From a virus (taxonomy: Duplodnaviria; Caudoviricetes), in the IMG/VR virus record IMGVR_UViG_3300030372_002234, positions 1 through 64,000 of that record: a stretch of 64,000 nt of DNA. One strand, 5' to 3'. Position 1 is the stretch's first letter; the number at the start of each line of letters is the position of its first letter. The translations under genes were made by a program, and so were the position numbers. The notes beneath the pieces are model-generated. The model saw only the letters and a list, made by a program, of their open reading frames with translations. It searched no databases and was not told where the DNA came from. This document shows positions 19,601 to 24,782 of this stretch, piece after piece.

Positions 19601-21764
19601 AGACTTACAGCCTACAACGGCTGCTGAGTTTGTGGCTAATCGTTATATGAATAACATTGGTTCATCCAGTTATTCGTTTGCTGGTGATGCTTTCTTATCC
19701 CCTAAACAACTTTGGGAAGACCCACGTATTGCTAAGTTCTTAGAAGATGATCCTATTTCTCTTTTAGATTCTGTTAAACGAGGTACTGCTGCTCAAGCTT
19801 TCGATAGAGCTACTTACAGTAATTACTTTGGTATTAAAGGTTTTGGAATGAAAGATCTTATTGAGCTTTACAAAAAAGCGGCTAATGGCGAAAACACTCA
19901 CCATGAGTTTAATATGATGTTTATGACTAAAGATATGACTTTAGATGAGCATAAACGAACAATGACTCACGATGAGCGTCAGAAGTTTAAAGCGGGTATT
20001 GATCACATTGACAGCATGTACAAATACTCAGTAGGTACTTTATCTACTCTTGATAACCCTCATGCTGCTCCTTTCTTAAGTATTATTAACGTTATTAGTG
20101 AGTTAGGTACAGCTTTATCTATCGCCCCTCGTCTTGCTATTGCAACGGCTATCGAAGAAACGCCTATGTCTATCGGCAGCGTTCTTAAAGATAACTTGTT
20201 GGGAGCTAAGAGAGAAATGCAAGATGTTCTCGCTATAGCTAAAAGCACTAAAGATATTCATGAAACCTTAGAGGGTTTAGGCCATATTACATCTTCTGTT
20301 ATGCACCAAGCAGCAGCCCTTGCGGCTAAAATGGGTGATGACGGTTCAGGATCATACGGCGTTACAGATAAAAAGAAAATTAAACAAATCTACAAATTCT
20401 TGTCTACTGGTATGAACAAACAGGTTATGGCAGCACGAAGTTTAGGTGCCATGCAGTACGTTCATAGATTAGATAGTATTTTCTCTAATATTGCGGGAGA
20501 TATCTCAATTAAAGCAGAAGATACAGCTAGAGGCAAGAGCATGTCGTTTATGCGTCAAGGCACTGGAGGTTTCCACGTTAACGCAGATGAAATTTACTTA
20601 AGATTACAAGAACAATTTGACGGTGACTTTACTAATATCACTTTAGATGAATTTAAGAAAACAACTAAAGAATTAGGAATTGATGAAGAAATTTCAAGAG
20701 ATATTTTAGAGGCTGTTAAAATGGGCTTGTTTGAAGAAGACAAATACCAGTTCTTTAGAAACATGTGGGTTGAAAATCGTGAGCAAATTTTAAGAACGGG
20801 AGTTCCTTTTGATAAATTACGATTAAAAATTACGGCTGATTACGATCAACACGTAAGAGCAGGTAAAGATGGAGATGCTGTGCGAACTAGAAAACTACAA
20901 GCTTTGAACGCTATTAGAGAGCTTGTGTTTACTGCTTCCACTAAGTTTGCTAAACAGCCCTCATTAAGTACTCAGCCTTTAGGGGCTAGAAACGCTGGTG
21001 TGTTGGCTACCTTCTTTACACGCCTTACAACCTATGCTTCGTCTTCTGCTAATACCTTAAGAAGAGCTATGTTTGTTGGTCCGTCTACGTTTGCTGCTGC
21101 CTTTACTGCTCACATGATTACGGGATGGTTATACTATAAGCTTATTCAGCTTCAGGGTTTCCGTACTATCGAAGAAATGAAGAGAGAATTACAAAAAGAC
21201 CCAATGGGTGAATTAACTGATGCTGTAATGTCTGTTCCGTTCCTTGGAGCTAACCAAATGGTTATCAGTATGCTTCTTCAGATGATGCGCGGAGAACGAC
21301 CTGTGAACTCCAAGCCTTACGATATTGCTGCTCTTAATGCGGCTAACACTCTCTTACAGTTACCCGTAAGAGTTACAAAAGCTGTTCAAGATATTATTAA
21401 CGGTGATTGGGAAAAAGGAACGGCTAACCTTGCCCAAAGAATGCCTGTTCCCCATGCGTGGGCCTTAGCTATTGCTTTAAGAAATGCCGGAGCATTTGAA
21501 AAGGACGTTCAAATTGGTAGGCTTAGTCCTAAGTATAGAGGACAACTTAAACCACAGCCTATCCAACCTCCTGCTAGATCTGAAGTTACTAAGAACCCAA
21601 TTAATACATCTGTATTAGAACCTCAGGTTGAAGTAGGTAAACCTCAGGTAACTCCTGAGCATACCAACCCAGAGACAGGTATGACAACTCCTTCATCTGT
21701 AGAAGAAGACAGAGTTGGAGAACTTTTAAAAGAATTAGAAAGTAAAGGGTTTGAACCAGTGTAA
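7605..21764 (+). CDS. Giant internal virion protein D-like (gp16 analogue), 4719 aa, with an embedded T7-type RNA polymerase-like segment and a zincin-like motif
   Basis: Single ORF with AAAGGA RBS; hydrophobic Gly-rich segments near aa 380-420; motif A-like DADSSG (D1931), motif B-like KSPVMTDSYG (K2028/Y2036); EEIGH motif near nt 17760. Confidence 0.7.
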   Translation: MSNFTANSQWFKDYVQSIEIAEFNKERPKRNFKDYRKEQTIASRVENERFMNDFSSLVSLVPEYDYTDELADSKENLLGMFRLNFSEQTERNAARDAKRDELASLVTDEQRTVYDTTQTSIITDLKEATKNNTPLWQVMNPDDFVWKDTGEATTRLYDTTNGYSMSQYTTFTTADTYKSWFGATRRVKMGGAQRLQLNESLADSFRKIATEAKIRWDFEGPIAEANGLTIKQYIDEAIAENPDQWWFFRNIGDLFYTTEQGNQIDGRVAPWNSSMLSERLLSMTDENWTSEGGDRDKLLAIFKMDENEIGPTGIIEGDVRKFIAENPTLIEDLQNSNNGWQFISALNKRKSERVIGNYLTENNNSYGAAGFMNLLGYGFTTDPAIALDIAATVGLTIATGGGYVGVRAAAGVLQIGSKLKFGLSIAKSAKKAKHFKRMVKRAHDGKTVGRYRAASAVGKTLRGIGEATMFSRRLLPTQIVSELFFPSLKFLRHSRAMKKGDDAADAATSWWKYLKNENYLGDSVGRRMLHRSIGGAMEGVVWGSIEYGVMEDYQDRTNSLIFGNDAAAALALDRDRSGAYGHMLMFGVAFGGLGGPLIGETFTQVGKIPQGMMIGGMKMSQWADQVLSPGGQEAMGYAKAPFAKRFGARIVQGTGNAVTWLGGGNQYSVEQQYLMYKALSKISQTELLKMAEADDNGVAMTKVLQDIEDRISKYQWAASEAGLDIREAFKSAEDVMDGKPEKERTSSAFIKQVEDHLEGQEIAARGKAGFRSRVRQAVLAEFQERMRSGQDVGIMEKAMEEADPNNPPSDPEVSNLNKTVTDIQEESAKVSKEREAVVQEQARRKEGLEPDEPARTPEQIEGEFAEQVKLRDEETIAAKTEENNKAKAELKELNKSKRKGVSKKQFKKDNPRVEELETTIRETDKFLADAEEAKKVSIEEAEAKKNAELEEAKKDLQNLSDDELTERLNDLDVILGERLYELESEAYAYWQANPEKFVKYIAYFRKKVLEERLNGDTPNANGMPPMFAAIDGLEVDGAVNMIQLFAPGTYFTRDELIRVRRQLKTEDQRFITAALEGSQDGEFDLTKAEARALTTRIKDILVEEAVNKDYTSEEMRFMNAIINEPSAETIEKAFASTRVETYVNNMMIDAAKNNKVLTADDLMLYNQDPELVIETFVKAKQDLAKLMVEVRDGNYTTILRSQGKNVLDTLGEGVEGYKKSGKGITNKWKADFLAKYFSENEEFTATKAEMLEVFEVNDEFVGPTLQQPARTSEQMDLVKARIKDLLEDVVNQQAEKIKMSEVRARRKRAGYAKQREKTQNAYAKWYESSTKLSNKTKADQDKVVFQRARNKLKEMRDSINKAVDAEWENGTIKADWIARQSKRLDVQYRPNFAHARPLVKVLSMLQAHLLGTARWKRDSLSGFFVDTTITRKDLISILETAEEGYGFIANIDEIAIGARVGEGYDGEKVIQALLTKLKSTDQTLGNVLSAGFEKNLGIHFGKKLPYATDVFGSRGDLRNLMTSLKGQLEGKQAYARGKAGAGEYAGNRGDGNIDEATWNSSFNEEFITRLGYIATEGSQRARNLLAALDGLSPEKQIATALKFINEFIPEGQNKLKSFSQLGGGTEAIDWVGPKRAAQAVLSALSTERPYANKVAESYVVKGERNRPERARRLSNIDEDGIYIQHDSDPIIQRNYERATADHAMNWLLKKLDNPDLDAEARKDIYKKLQAWLENFPEQAVLNDAVRAALPQQGLSFVPRWMVTGPDADIIGKNFGTGIEGQIQYNLAMSKVNTPALMATIHDAIFVGLPSMMTKSGDVAASPSWNFKVGDDHVLRGIGFGFQTLIARKGSFEDALNHVHQIMYGYKGLVEEARASYNTMSQKRVEGLTGKTFDTNDEFVGWMAQEFPKLDTAKKEAIIKELFPALASSYMDADSSGSNIMLALVMGQDTDFGNLWKTIKEADEGNKDVYNEAHSEAVINAYKHVESYVLERIEKRDFNGKAGLEEVYNDLGKVFTVLKDEGLSKEILKSPVMTDSYGIGVAKMKESIIESFGKPSVKEELIKRGLFTEEDYDAKIYQLSDTLATLLSKGVDSKLGGWIKQSLFAKGGLDNKKLGEILNNWRRTESGQRVRTGDEQRSVADSNNFMSDMTSGSTTANFKAGNSEEISMFDNMFDEVTRQISVLAEITGDVESAKAHVNNLVNLITDDLKGDKNVEKLMAEGKFAEAQREIDIAFNKMSEESVMVKALNSYMAQGYGFDETAFRGQLEAILGKGKADTINQILGRLNPLARQAMKGQMFRQLAISAETRNFVKNNFDQIADKILRLQAEESPLGLGKLVMEPLSEEDIRQRTILQAVKELSEIYDLEKLELEVGGERFKNLTWEDYFKQWEKDSGTGLEIRAAAIDAFKNVRWKAMLDEIDQRLAENKESNDAEVMSLEMQKEAIEQTMKMLARIIDATNEGRPTDAAKRLELVTESRNVVNTGSMPGLLGALPQTTTRRFEGAPIPILRMAQLEQTAEVKQLRSLERGAQQADTTKAVFSDAELSRPLSPEDLADVQTYKGSMYDVPLASKPIYGLQDSPSPFIAAELLQAELTNFANQVGGVAKKYLSEGNFFKLYNTHRHYVAAQEAMKADTVYRDIAKSLSEKREQLLKDRPTSDALDTESFLNQSEDYVNLKLELDKAQDNALMVRNEVLAIDGSWAKDVEERAWSIMSMSGETLETVSNGRTWGEAVNKTALDNQRSGNMIAWLAPPAKTPGEVILDGSNTAKLRYEDKSETAMLPRSAHSVDASAGLYMSNYIQVTGWFEGLKSILKREPTSREITVFARWADAKARFDVDEQNKLLSNFGKEIAPYKDLTEKQLTDIMGRGQDIAAQNFRDANNAIAYMAKPVIREQVKESLKAQLGDDFEAKVAERTGGLTLEELMNFKRKLTDENTTIFVNPLGVVIAPHKVVGDGIVNLTMQERVLALQGIQNQTVVDRMRLATMFDRKLPMNSELSSRMGGYDPFTKFNGMTIDKARRNAAVLTDALEVLQGRRSTEKLSVAIDRRNVVRRGTLTEAPMKFVKFSNEINEEGAKDARMLLAENTLEMLPLSEDSLKKINALRNTFDPYDEADWANGIQVAMMVSKDSAYNVFKQRVLAEERLSARSRDSNPDEFNKQFDARWEKVKPIVDELRNELNILNRDSDVVSNFLNRNDVFFGETAIDSTTHETFNSLYSQKIKIEQAVQMELLNRTLVPDNTSFDREVQFIKPMADLNGIIPRSDGTQLKPNTIDARIQDYPKTDGHLMLTHRLDTFVNTGILNKDQASVLKLAFWNYDTEALGKIFDPMKTDSPLRFDVLDGVDYMGKYEQLNKAFTDGVVHRIGLLRNMSSKFDDPSSLGPAAVVLEEIGHALGHKLDSDTQINFIERVKKIEMATIEEAEKLLYGEGGPKNKKRLEQLREDFRRIKDMEIPENAAKRTELFGAMFALSGLHKAKNQWDTITDGAATQTALSDAHSIIKSLGKLADISGVDADTLNGKSLFTGVEETIRSSINLDVRLNKRSQPTDENRLDENHGPRHVDVDVAKRNEDIRRAKVEKETDDLIEQIRDPRTGQVDISLLGNADKMSVTVRDTIILRVMEDHVKRSTSGSRVDTPFSSYLSAMAFGKLTPNQVARYGELLSSPFGMRQFAFATDGEIPLTAAVEHLFNGADSQSYFTTGAFQDAMPTIQGLGLYLRGEFEKVIPALALLKGQNMTKGPLGPTGGETTPWSLYSTLWREMVMDYQGKDRAKEVLVNKLKSMKDNDPDFVKFLGNKKKSDEFLDIMADTADSWANPKEGLWASIVDSMVQAGMVKESKRNDLIANAAYPIKFKDSIFKNMTDIDGDTPRRELRRAMVDIVRGRMEHSEDVDIDILQIALADVLPSPSERRGKNLETYINNLPNEIQALLKTPEIKGNIDVLLGKIRRGDITLKDLGDDVRTRYMDTLKSDDLVGNEDPRKKAMLLELSEEFRNKLAKSQKTSTLDLQPTTAAEFVANRYMNNIGSSSYSFAGDAFLSPKQLWEDPRIAKFLEDDPISLLDSVKRGTAAQAFDRATYSNYFGIKGFGMKDLIELYKKAANGENTHHEFNMMFMTKDMTLDEHKRTMTHDERQKFKAGIDHIDSMYKYSVGTLSTLDNPHAAPFLSIINVISELGTALSIAPRLAIATAIEETPMSIGSVLKDNLLGAKREMQDVLAIAKSTKDIHETLEGLGHITSSVMHQAAALAAKMGDDGSGSYGVTDKKKIKQIYKFLSTGMNKQVMAARSLGAMQYVHRLDSIFSNIAGDISIKAEDTARGKSMSFMRQGTGGFHVNADEIYLRLQEQFDGDFTNITLDEFKKTTKELGIDEEISRDILEAVKMGLFEEDKYQFFRNMWVENREQILRTGVPFDKLRLKITADYDQHVRAGKDGDAVRTRKLQALNAIRELVFTASTKFAKQPSLSTQPLGARNAGVLATFFTRLTTYASSSANTLRRAMFVGPSTFAAAFTAHMITGWLYYKLIQLQGFRTIEEMKRELQKDPMGELTDAVMSVPFLGANQMVISMLLQMMRGERPVNSKPYDIAALNAANTLLQLPVRVTKAVQDIINGDWEKGTANLAQRMPVPHAWALAIALRNAGAFEKDVQIGRLSPKYRGQLKPQPIQPPARSEVTKNPINTSVLEPQVEVGKPQVTPEHTNPETGMTTPSSVEEDRVGELLKELESKGFEPV

Positions 21765-21826
21765 ATTAAAAACCCAGTGTATTGTAACTAAAGGTTACTC
21801 ACTACATATTTTATTTGTTATTTTAT

Positions 21827-21844
21827 AATTAGGGATCACTATAG
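21827..21844 (+). promoter_or_regulatory. Candidate phage (T7-family) RNAP promoter AATTAGGGATCACTATAG
   Basis: Intergenic; differs at 2 of 18 positions from the K11-type promoter AATTAGGGCACACTATAG as recalled, and shares the CACTATAG core of T7/SP6 promoters. Confidence 0.5.
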
Positions 21845-21862
21845 ATAACCGGGGGGATAACT

Positions 21863-22069
21863 ATGGAAGAGATCATTATTACTATTGCAATCAGTATTGC
21901 TGGACCCGCTCTACTGGGCATCTTTGGGCTGATCTGGCGGTTATCCGCTAAAGTGAGCCTTCATGAAAAAATGATTGAAGCACACGACAGGCGTATCAGG
22001 GATAACCTGAGCCGCCTTCAGAAACTAGACGATAAACAATACTCTATTGTTAAAAATATTAAAATGTAA
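21863..22069 (+). CDS. Small membrane protein (holin-like)
   Basis: One N-terminal hydrophobic helix (IIITIAISIAGPALLGIFGLIW) followed by a charged coiled-coil-like tail. Confidence 0.45.
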   Translation: MEEIIITIAISIAGPALLGIFGLIWRLSAKVSLHEKMIEAHDRRIRDNLSRLQKLDDKQYSIVKNIKM

Positions 22070-22106
22070 TTTTACTGGCCCCTTGGGCCGCTGTCAGGAG
22101 TCTACC

Positions 22107-22643
22107 GTGATTAAGTACCTTGTTCTGGCTACGCTTCCGTTGTTACCTATGGATGATACCGATAACGATAATTCAATAATGGACTATCAAATCTATCAGA
22201 ATGGTCCTCGTACTGTGTACGAAGGGGCTGCTAAACTCAAGTGGGACGAAAACGTAAATGCTTGTGTTGAATACACTTTCGATCTCGTACCGGGGCGGTT
22301 GGCGGGATCTGCTATCTCTTCCGATCCGGGTCAACCGATGCTTCCTTTCGATGAGGTCTTGATCTTTGATGATGAGATCTACGTTAGTTGGGAGCGGAAC
22401 CGCACTGACTTATGGCCTACTCCTACGGAGTGCCATCGGAGATTCCACTTTTTTATTATTAAAACAGAATTTAATGCTGATGACCTCAGTGAACTCTTAA
22501 GTGACTGGGGTCCACCTTATGTGGTTGACGCTCCGTGGCCTGAGGAGGATTACACCTACCTCTCGCCTTGGGATCTTAATCTGGATACTGTGGTGGACGG
22601 GAAAGACTTAGCGATTCTTCTAGCAGGGTGGAAAATCGATTAG
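22107..22643 (+). CDS. Putative exported protein with a C-terminal dockerin/EF-hand-like repeat
   Basis: AGGAG then GTG at 22107; hydrophobic N-terminus; FNADDLSELLSDWG and WDLNLDTVVDGKDLAILLAGW. Confidence 0.6.
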   Translation: MIKYLVLATLPLLPMDDTDNDNSIMDYQIYQNGPRTVYEGAAKLKWDENVNACVEYTFDLVPGRLAGSAISSDPGQPMLPFDEVLIFDDEIYVSWERNRTDLWPTPTECHRRFHFFIIKTEFNADDLSELLSDWGPPYVVDAPWPEEDYTYLSPWDLNLDTVVDGKDLAILLAGWKID

Positions 22644-22728
22644 GGGGTCAGGAATTTACAGAGGGGTAAATATGAACAACTGTGTTCAGTTTCCCCCCTT
22701 ACCCCCCGATTCTGAAAGGAATCAAACA

Positions 22729-23316
22729 ATGTCGTATTCATTTGACTGCTTCTGTACTGCGTTCTCTATGCTTGTTCATGCTATTGCTGGTAATAAATCT
22801 ACCCTTGACGCAAAAGCCGACAAAGAAAAGGCTGCAAAGCTTGCTCTTGAATTCTTTAAGCAAATGGGACTTGATGTTATTACCCCGCTTAATCGAATTC
22901 GCGGTGCGGTCAAGCACGAGTTGCTTGGCGGCACGGCTGATTACCTTGTAATCCACTTCCCTACACAGTGGATTTGCATTAAGGGTTATGTCTATAGGGT
23001 GACTACCATCTGTGAGGTCCATCAGTATAGGATCGAGAAAGCTCAGGACGCAAGAGACTGGGCTTTCGAGGTTGAGAAGCCTTGGCGATTCCAGACTATT
23101 GTTTGGGATGGCGAGACCGGCGAACAAGTTGGCTATGAATTTGAAAGTGACTGCTACGAAGATGTCACTGATATGCAGATGATTACCCAAGCCACCAGTG
23201 ATTTTGTCGAAGCCGAAGTGCAAGAAATTGTAAAGCAAGTCACTGATGAGGTCGTTGAAGAAGTATGTGATGACCTTCGTCGCGCCGGTATTCTTGACGA
23301 TGACCGGATGAACTAA
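22729..23316 (+). CDS. Hypothetical early protein (195 aa)
   Basis: ATG 22729 follows the GAAAGGA hairpin RBS; the upstream ATG at 22672 lacks an RBS. Confidence 0.75.
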   Translation: MSYSFDCFCTAFSMLVHAIAGNKSTLDAKADKEKAAKLALEFFKQMGLDVITPLNRIRGAVKHELLGGTADYLVIHFPTQWICIKGYVYRVTTICEVHQYRIEKAQDARDWAFEVEKPWRFQTIVWDGETGEQVGYEFESDCYEDVTDMQMITQATSDFVEAEVQEIVKQVTDEVVEEVCDDLRRAGILDDDRMN

Positions 23317-23394
23317 ACTCGACTGAGCGAGTATAAACAGCCATTAGGCTCAGTGCGTCGGGCTGTACCCATAACTGGGTACGGCTCGGGTTGG
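23317..23394 (+). ncRNA. Pistol self-cleaving ribozyme, copy 1
   Basis: P1 ACTCG/CGAGT; loop ACTGAG pairs with CTCAGT (pseudoknot); ATAAACAG linker; P2 CCA/TGG; TTAGG; GCG; 12-13 bp P3; predicted cleavage at G23390|T23391. Confidence 0.9.
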
Positions 23395-23400
23395 ATTTTG

Positions 23401-23412
23401 TTTCCACTATCA
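23401..23412 (+). promoter_or_regulatory. Repeated early-region motif TTTCCACTATCA, copy 1
   Basis: Exact repeat at 23746 and 24750, 11-nt match at 25402; ends 23 nt before the ATG at 23436. Confidence 0.6.
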
Positions 23413-23435
23413 CTCGATTCTGAAAGGAATCAACT

Positions 23436-23696
23436 ATGATTGGTCACTACGATGCCGTTCGCGTTATTATCCGTGCTCTGTTGCATAAGGAGGACAGGCC
23501 GTCTGATGTGCTCCTAGAGATCCTCAATATGGCTATGACACGCCTTGCTGAAGAGCGTGAAGTGGTCTGCGAGGAAGGCCCAATTTGGGCACCCGATGGC
23601 ATGGACAGACGCTTGTCTGAAATCGAAGACAAGACATACGCGCTTCTTGACTGCATCGAAAAGCTTAAGCAGCCGTACGTTAACAGGGATTTCTGA
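23436..23696 (+). CDS. Hypothetical early protein (86 aa)
   Basis: ORF with GAAAGGA hairpin RBS. Confidence 0.75.
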   Translation: MIGHYDAVRVIIRALLHKEDRPSDVLLEILNMAMTRLAEEREVVCEEGPIWAPDGMDRRLSEIEDKTYALLDCIEKLKQPYVNRDF

Positions 23697-23745
23697 TCAC
23701 CCACAAGCGTGTCCTCTACCGGGGATGACGGCTTGTTTTGTTTTG

Positions 23746-23757
23746 TTTCCACTATCA
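23746..23757 (+). promoter_or_regulatory. Repeated motif TTTCCACTATCA, copy 2
   Basis: Exact repeat; ends 22 nt before the ATG at 23780. Confidence 0.6.
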
Positions 23758-23779
23758 CCCGTTCTCGAAAGGAGAACAC

Positions 23780-24013
23780 ATGGCTTTGTACAGCAAAAAA
23801 GAATTGGACAAGTTCAGAGAAATCGCTCGATTCTTCAAGGGATTCGATACTAGCATTCGATCTGGCTCATCGTCAGAGGCTATCGATGTTGTTATCGGAA
23901 TGGTCAACCGTGACCGTCCTGTTGTCGAGTCTCTCATTAACCCACGCAATTCATTTGAAATGCAGAGTGACAGTTGCCCTGAGACGGGCATTGTCTACGG
24001 CGATCTTTCCTAA
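23780..24013 (+). CDS. Hypothetical early protein (77 aa, MALYSKKELDKF…)
   Basis: GAAAGGAG hairpin RBS directly upstream of ATG 23780. Confidence 0.7.
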   Translation: MALYSKKELDKFREIARFFKGFDTSIRSGSSSEAIDVVIGMVNRDRPVVESLINPRNSFEMQSDSCPETGIVYGDLS

Positions 24014-24038
24014 CCTCGCTCTTGAAAGGAGCAACAAC

Positions 24039-24515
24039 ATGGGTGTTTCATTCATGCTCTACCGTACTGACACCGAAGGCAAGCACCAGCCTGTCGAAGG
24101 AGAACGCTTCGAGATCCACTGGTCCTACTCCAGTTGGGCCTACTTCAGGGATGGTGTCCTCAACGCCCTGAAGGATGCATACGTTGTGGCCACCAAGGTC
24201 CGCAACGATGCTCGTCGGTCGTGGGAGAACGAAGAGAACAAGTCGGACAAGTTCTGGCTTGACAGCTTCGAGGATGCTGCGGCTAACGTCCAGCGTCTTG
24301 CTGACCTCAAGACCTACTGGGTTGACGGCGACAACCCTGACGAGCAGGTCGATGCGGTCTGGTCCTTCGACAAGGCCAAGGTGATCGAGTGTCTCTTTGA
24401 GGCTCTGGTCATCGACTCTGAGAAGTCGGTGCATCCGTTCGTCGAACGGGACCGTCTCGCGTGGGTGCTGCGTTACCTCACGGTGAACGATGGCGATCAC
24501 CTTGTGGTTGCCTGA
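24039..24515 (+). CDS. Hypothetical early protein (158 aa, MGVSFMLYRT…)
   Basis: GAAAGGAG hairpin RBS upstream of ATG 24039; the 5' part of the called 23709 ORF overlaps another gene and is probably spurious. Confidence 0.75.
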   Translation: MGVSFMLYRTDTEGKHQPVEGERFEIHWSYSSWAYFRDGVLNALKDAYVVATKVRNDARRSWENEENKSDKFWLDSFEDAAANVQRLADLKTYWVDGDNPDEQVDAVWSFDKAKVIECLFEALVIDSEKSVHPFVERDRLAWVLRYLTVNDGDHLVVA

Positions 24516-24521
24516 ACCCAC

Positions 24522-24600
24522 ACTCGTCTGAGCGAGTATAAATAGACGTTAGGCTCAGAGCGGCAGGCCGCACCCTTCACTGGGTGTTGGTCTGCGTCGT
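24522..24600 (+). ncRNA. Pistol self-cleaving ribozyme, copy 2
   Basis: P1 ACTCG/CGAGT; loop TCTGAG pairs with CTCAGA; ATAAATAG linker; P2 ACG/CGT; TTAGG; GCG; P3 GCAGGCC-G-CACCC/GGGTG-TT-GGTCTGC; predicted cleavage at G24596|T24597. Confidence 0.9.
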
Positions 24601-24749
24601 GAAAGGAGATCAAGGATGGTCTCAGCTAAGGAAGGCACTTTCCCTTATTGGATGTTTAACCCAGACGGCCCTTGCGGGGGCCAGCCCCTCACGGGGCAGT
24701 CTGGGGTACGTGACCCTTCGATCCTTGCGGGTAGTTTCCCCGCAGGGAG

Positions 24750-24761
24750 TTTCCACTATCA
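24750..24761 (+). promoter_or_regulatory. Repeated motif TTTCCACTATCA, copy 3
   Basis: Exact repeat; ends 21 nt before the ATG at 24783; preceded by a 9-bp hairpin (24723-24746). Confidence 0.6.
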
Positions 24762-24782
24762 TGCTCTCGAAAGGAGCAACCC

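Noticed and set aside
21801-21829. TATAAT at 21824 as a host promoter
   Set aside because: No recognisable -35 element; expected by chance in an AT-rich gap.
23709-24038. 5' extension of the 268-aa ORF 23709-24515
   Set aside because: It overlaps a hairpin and the 23780-24013 gene; the real start is the RBS-bearing ATG at 24039.
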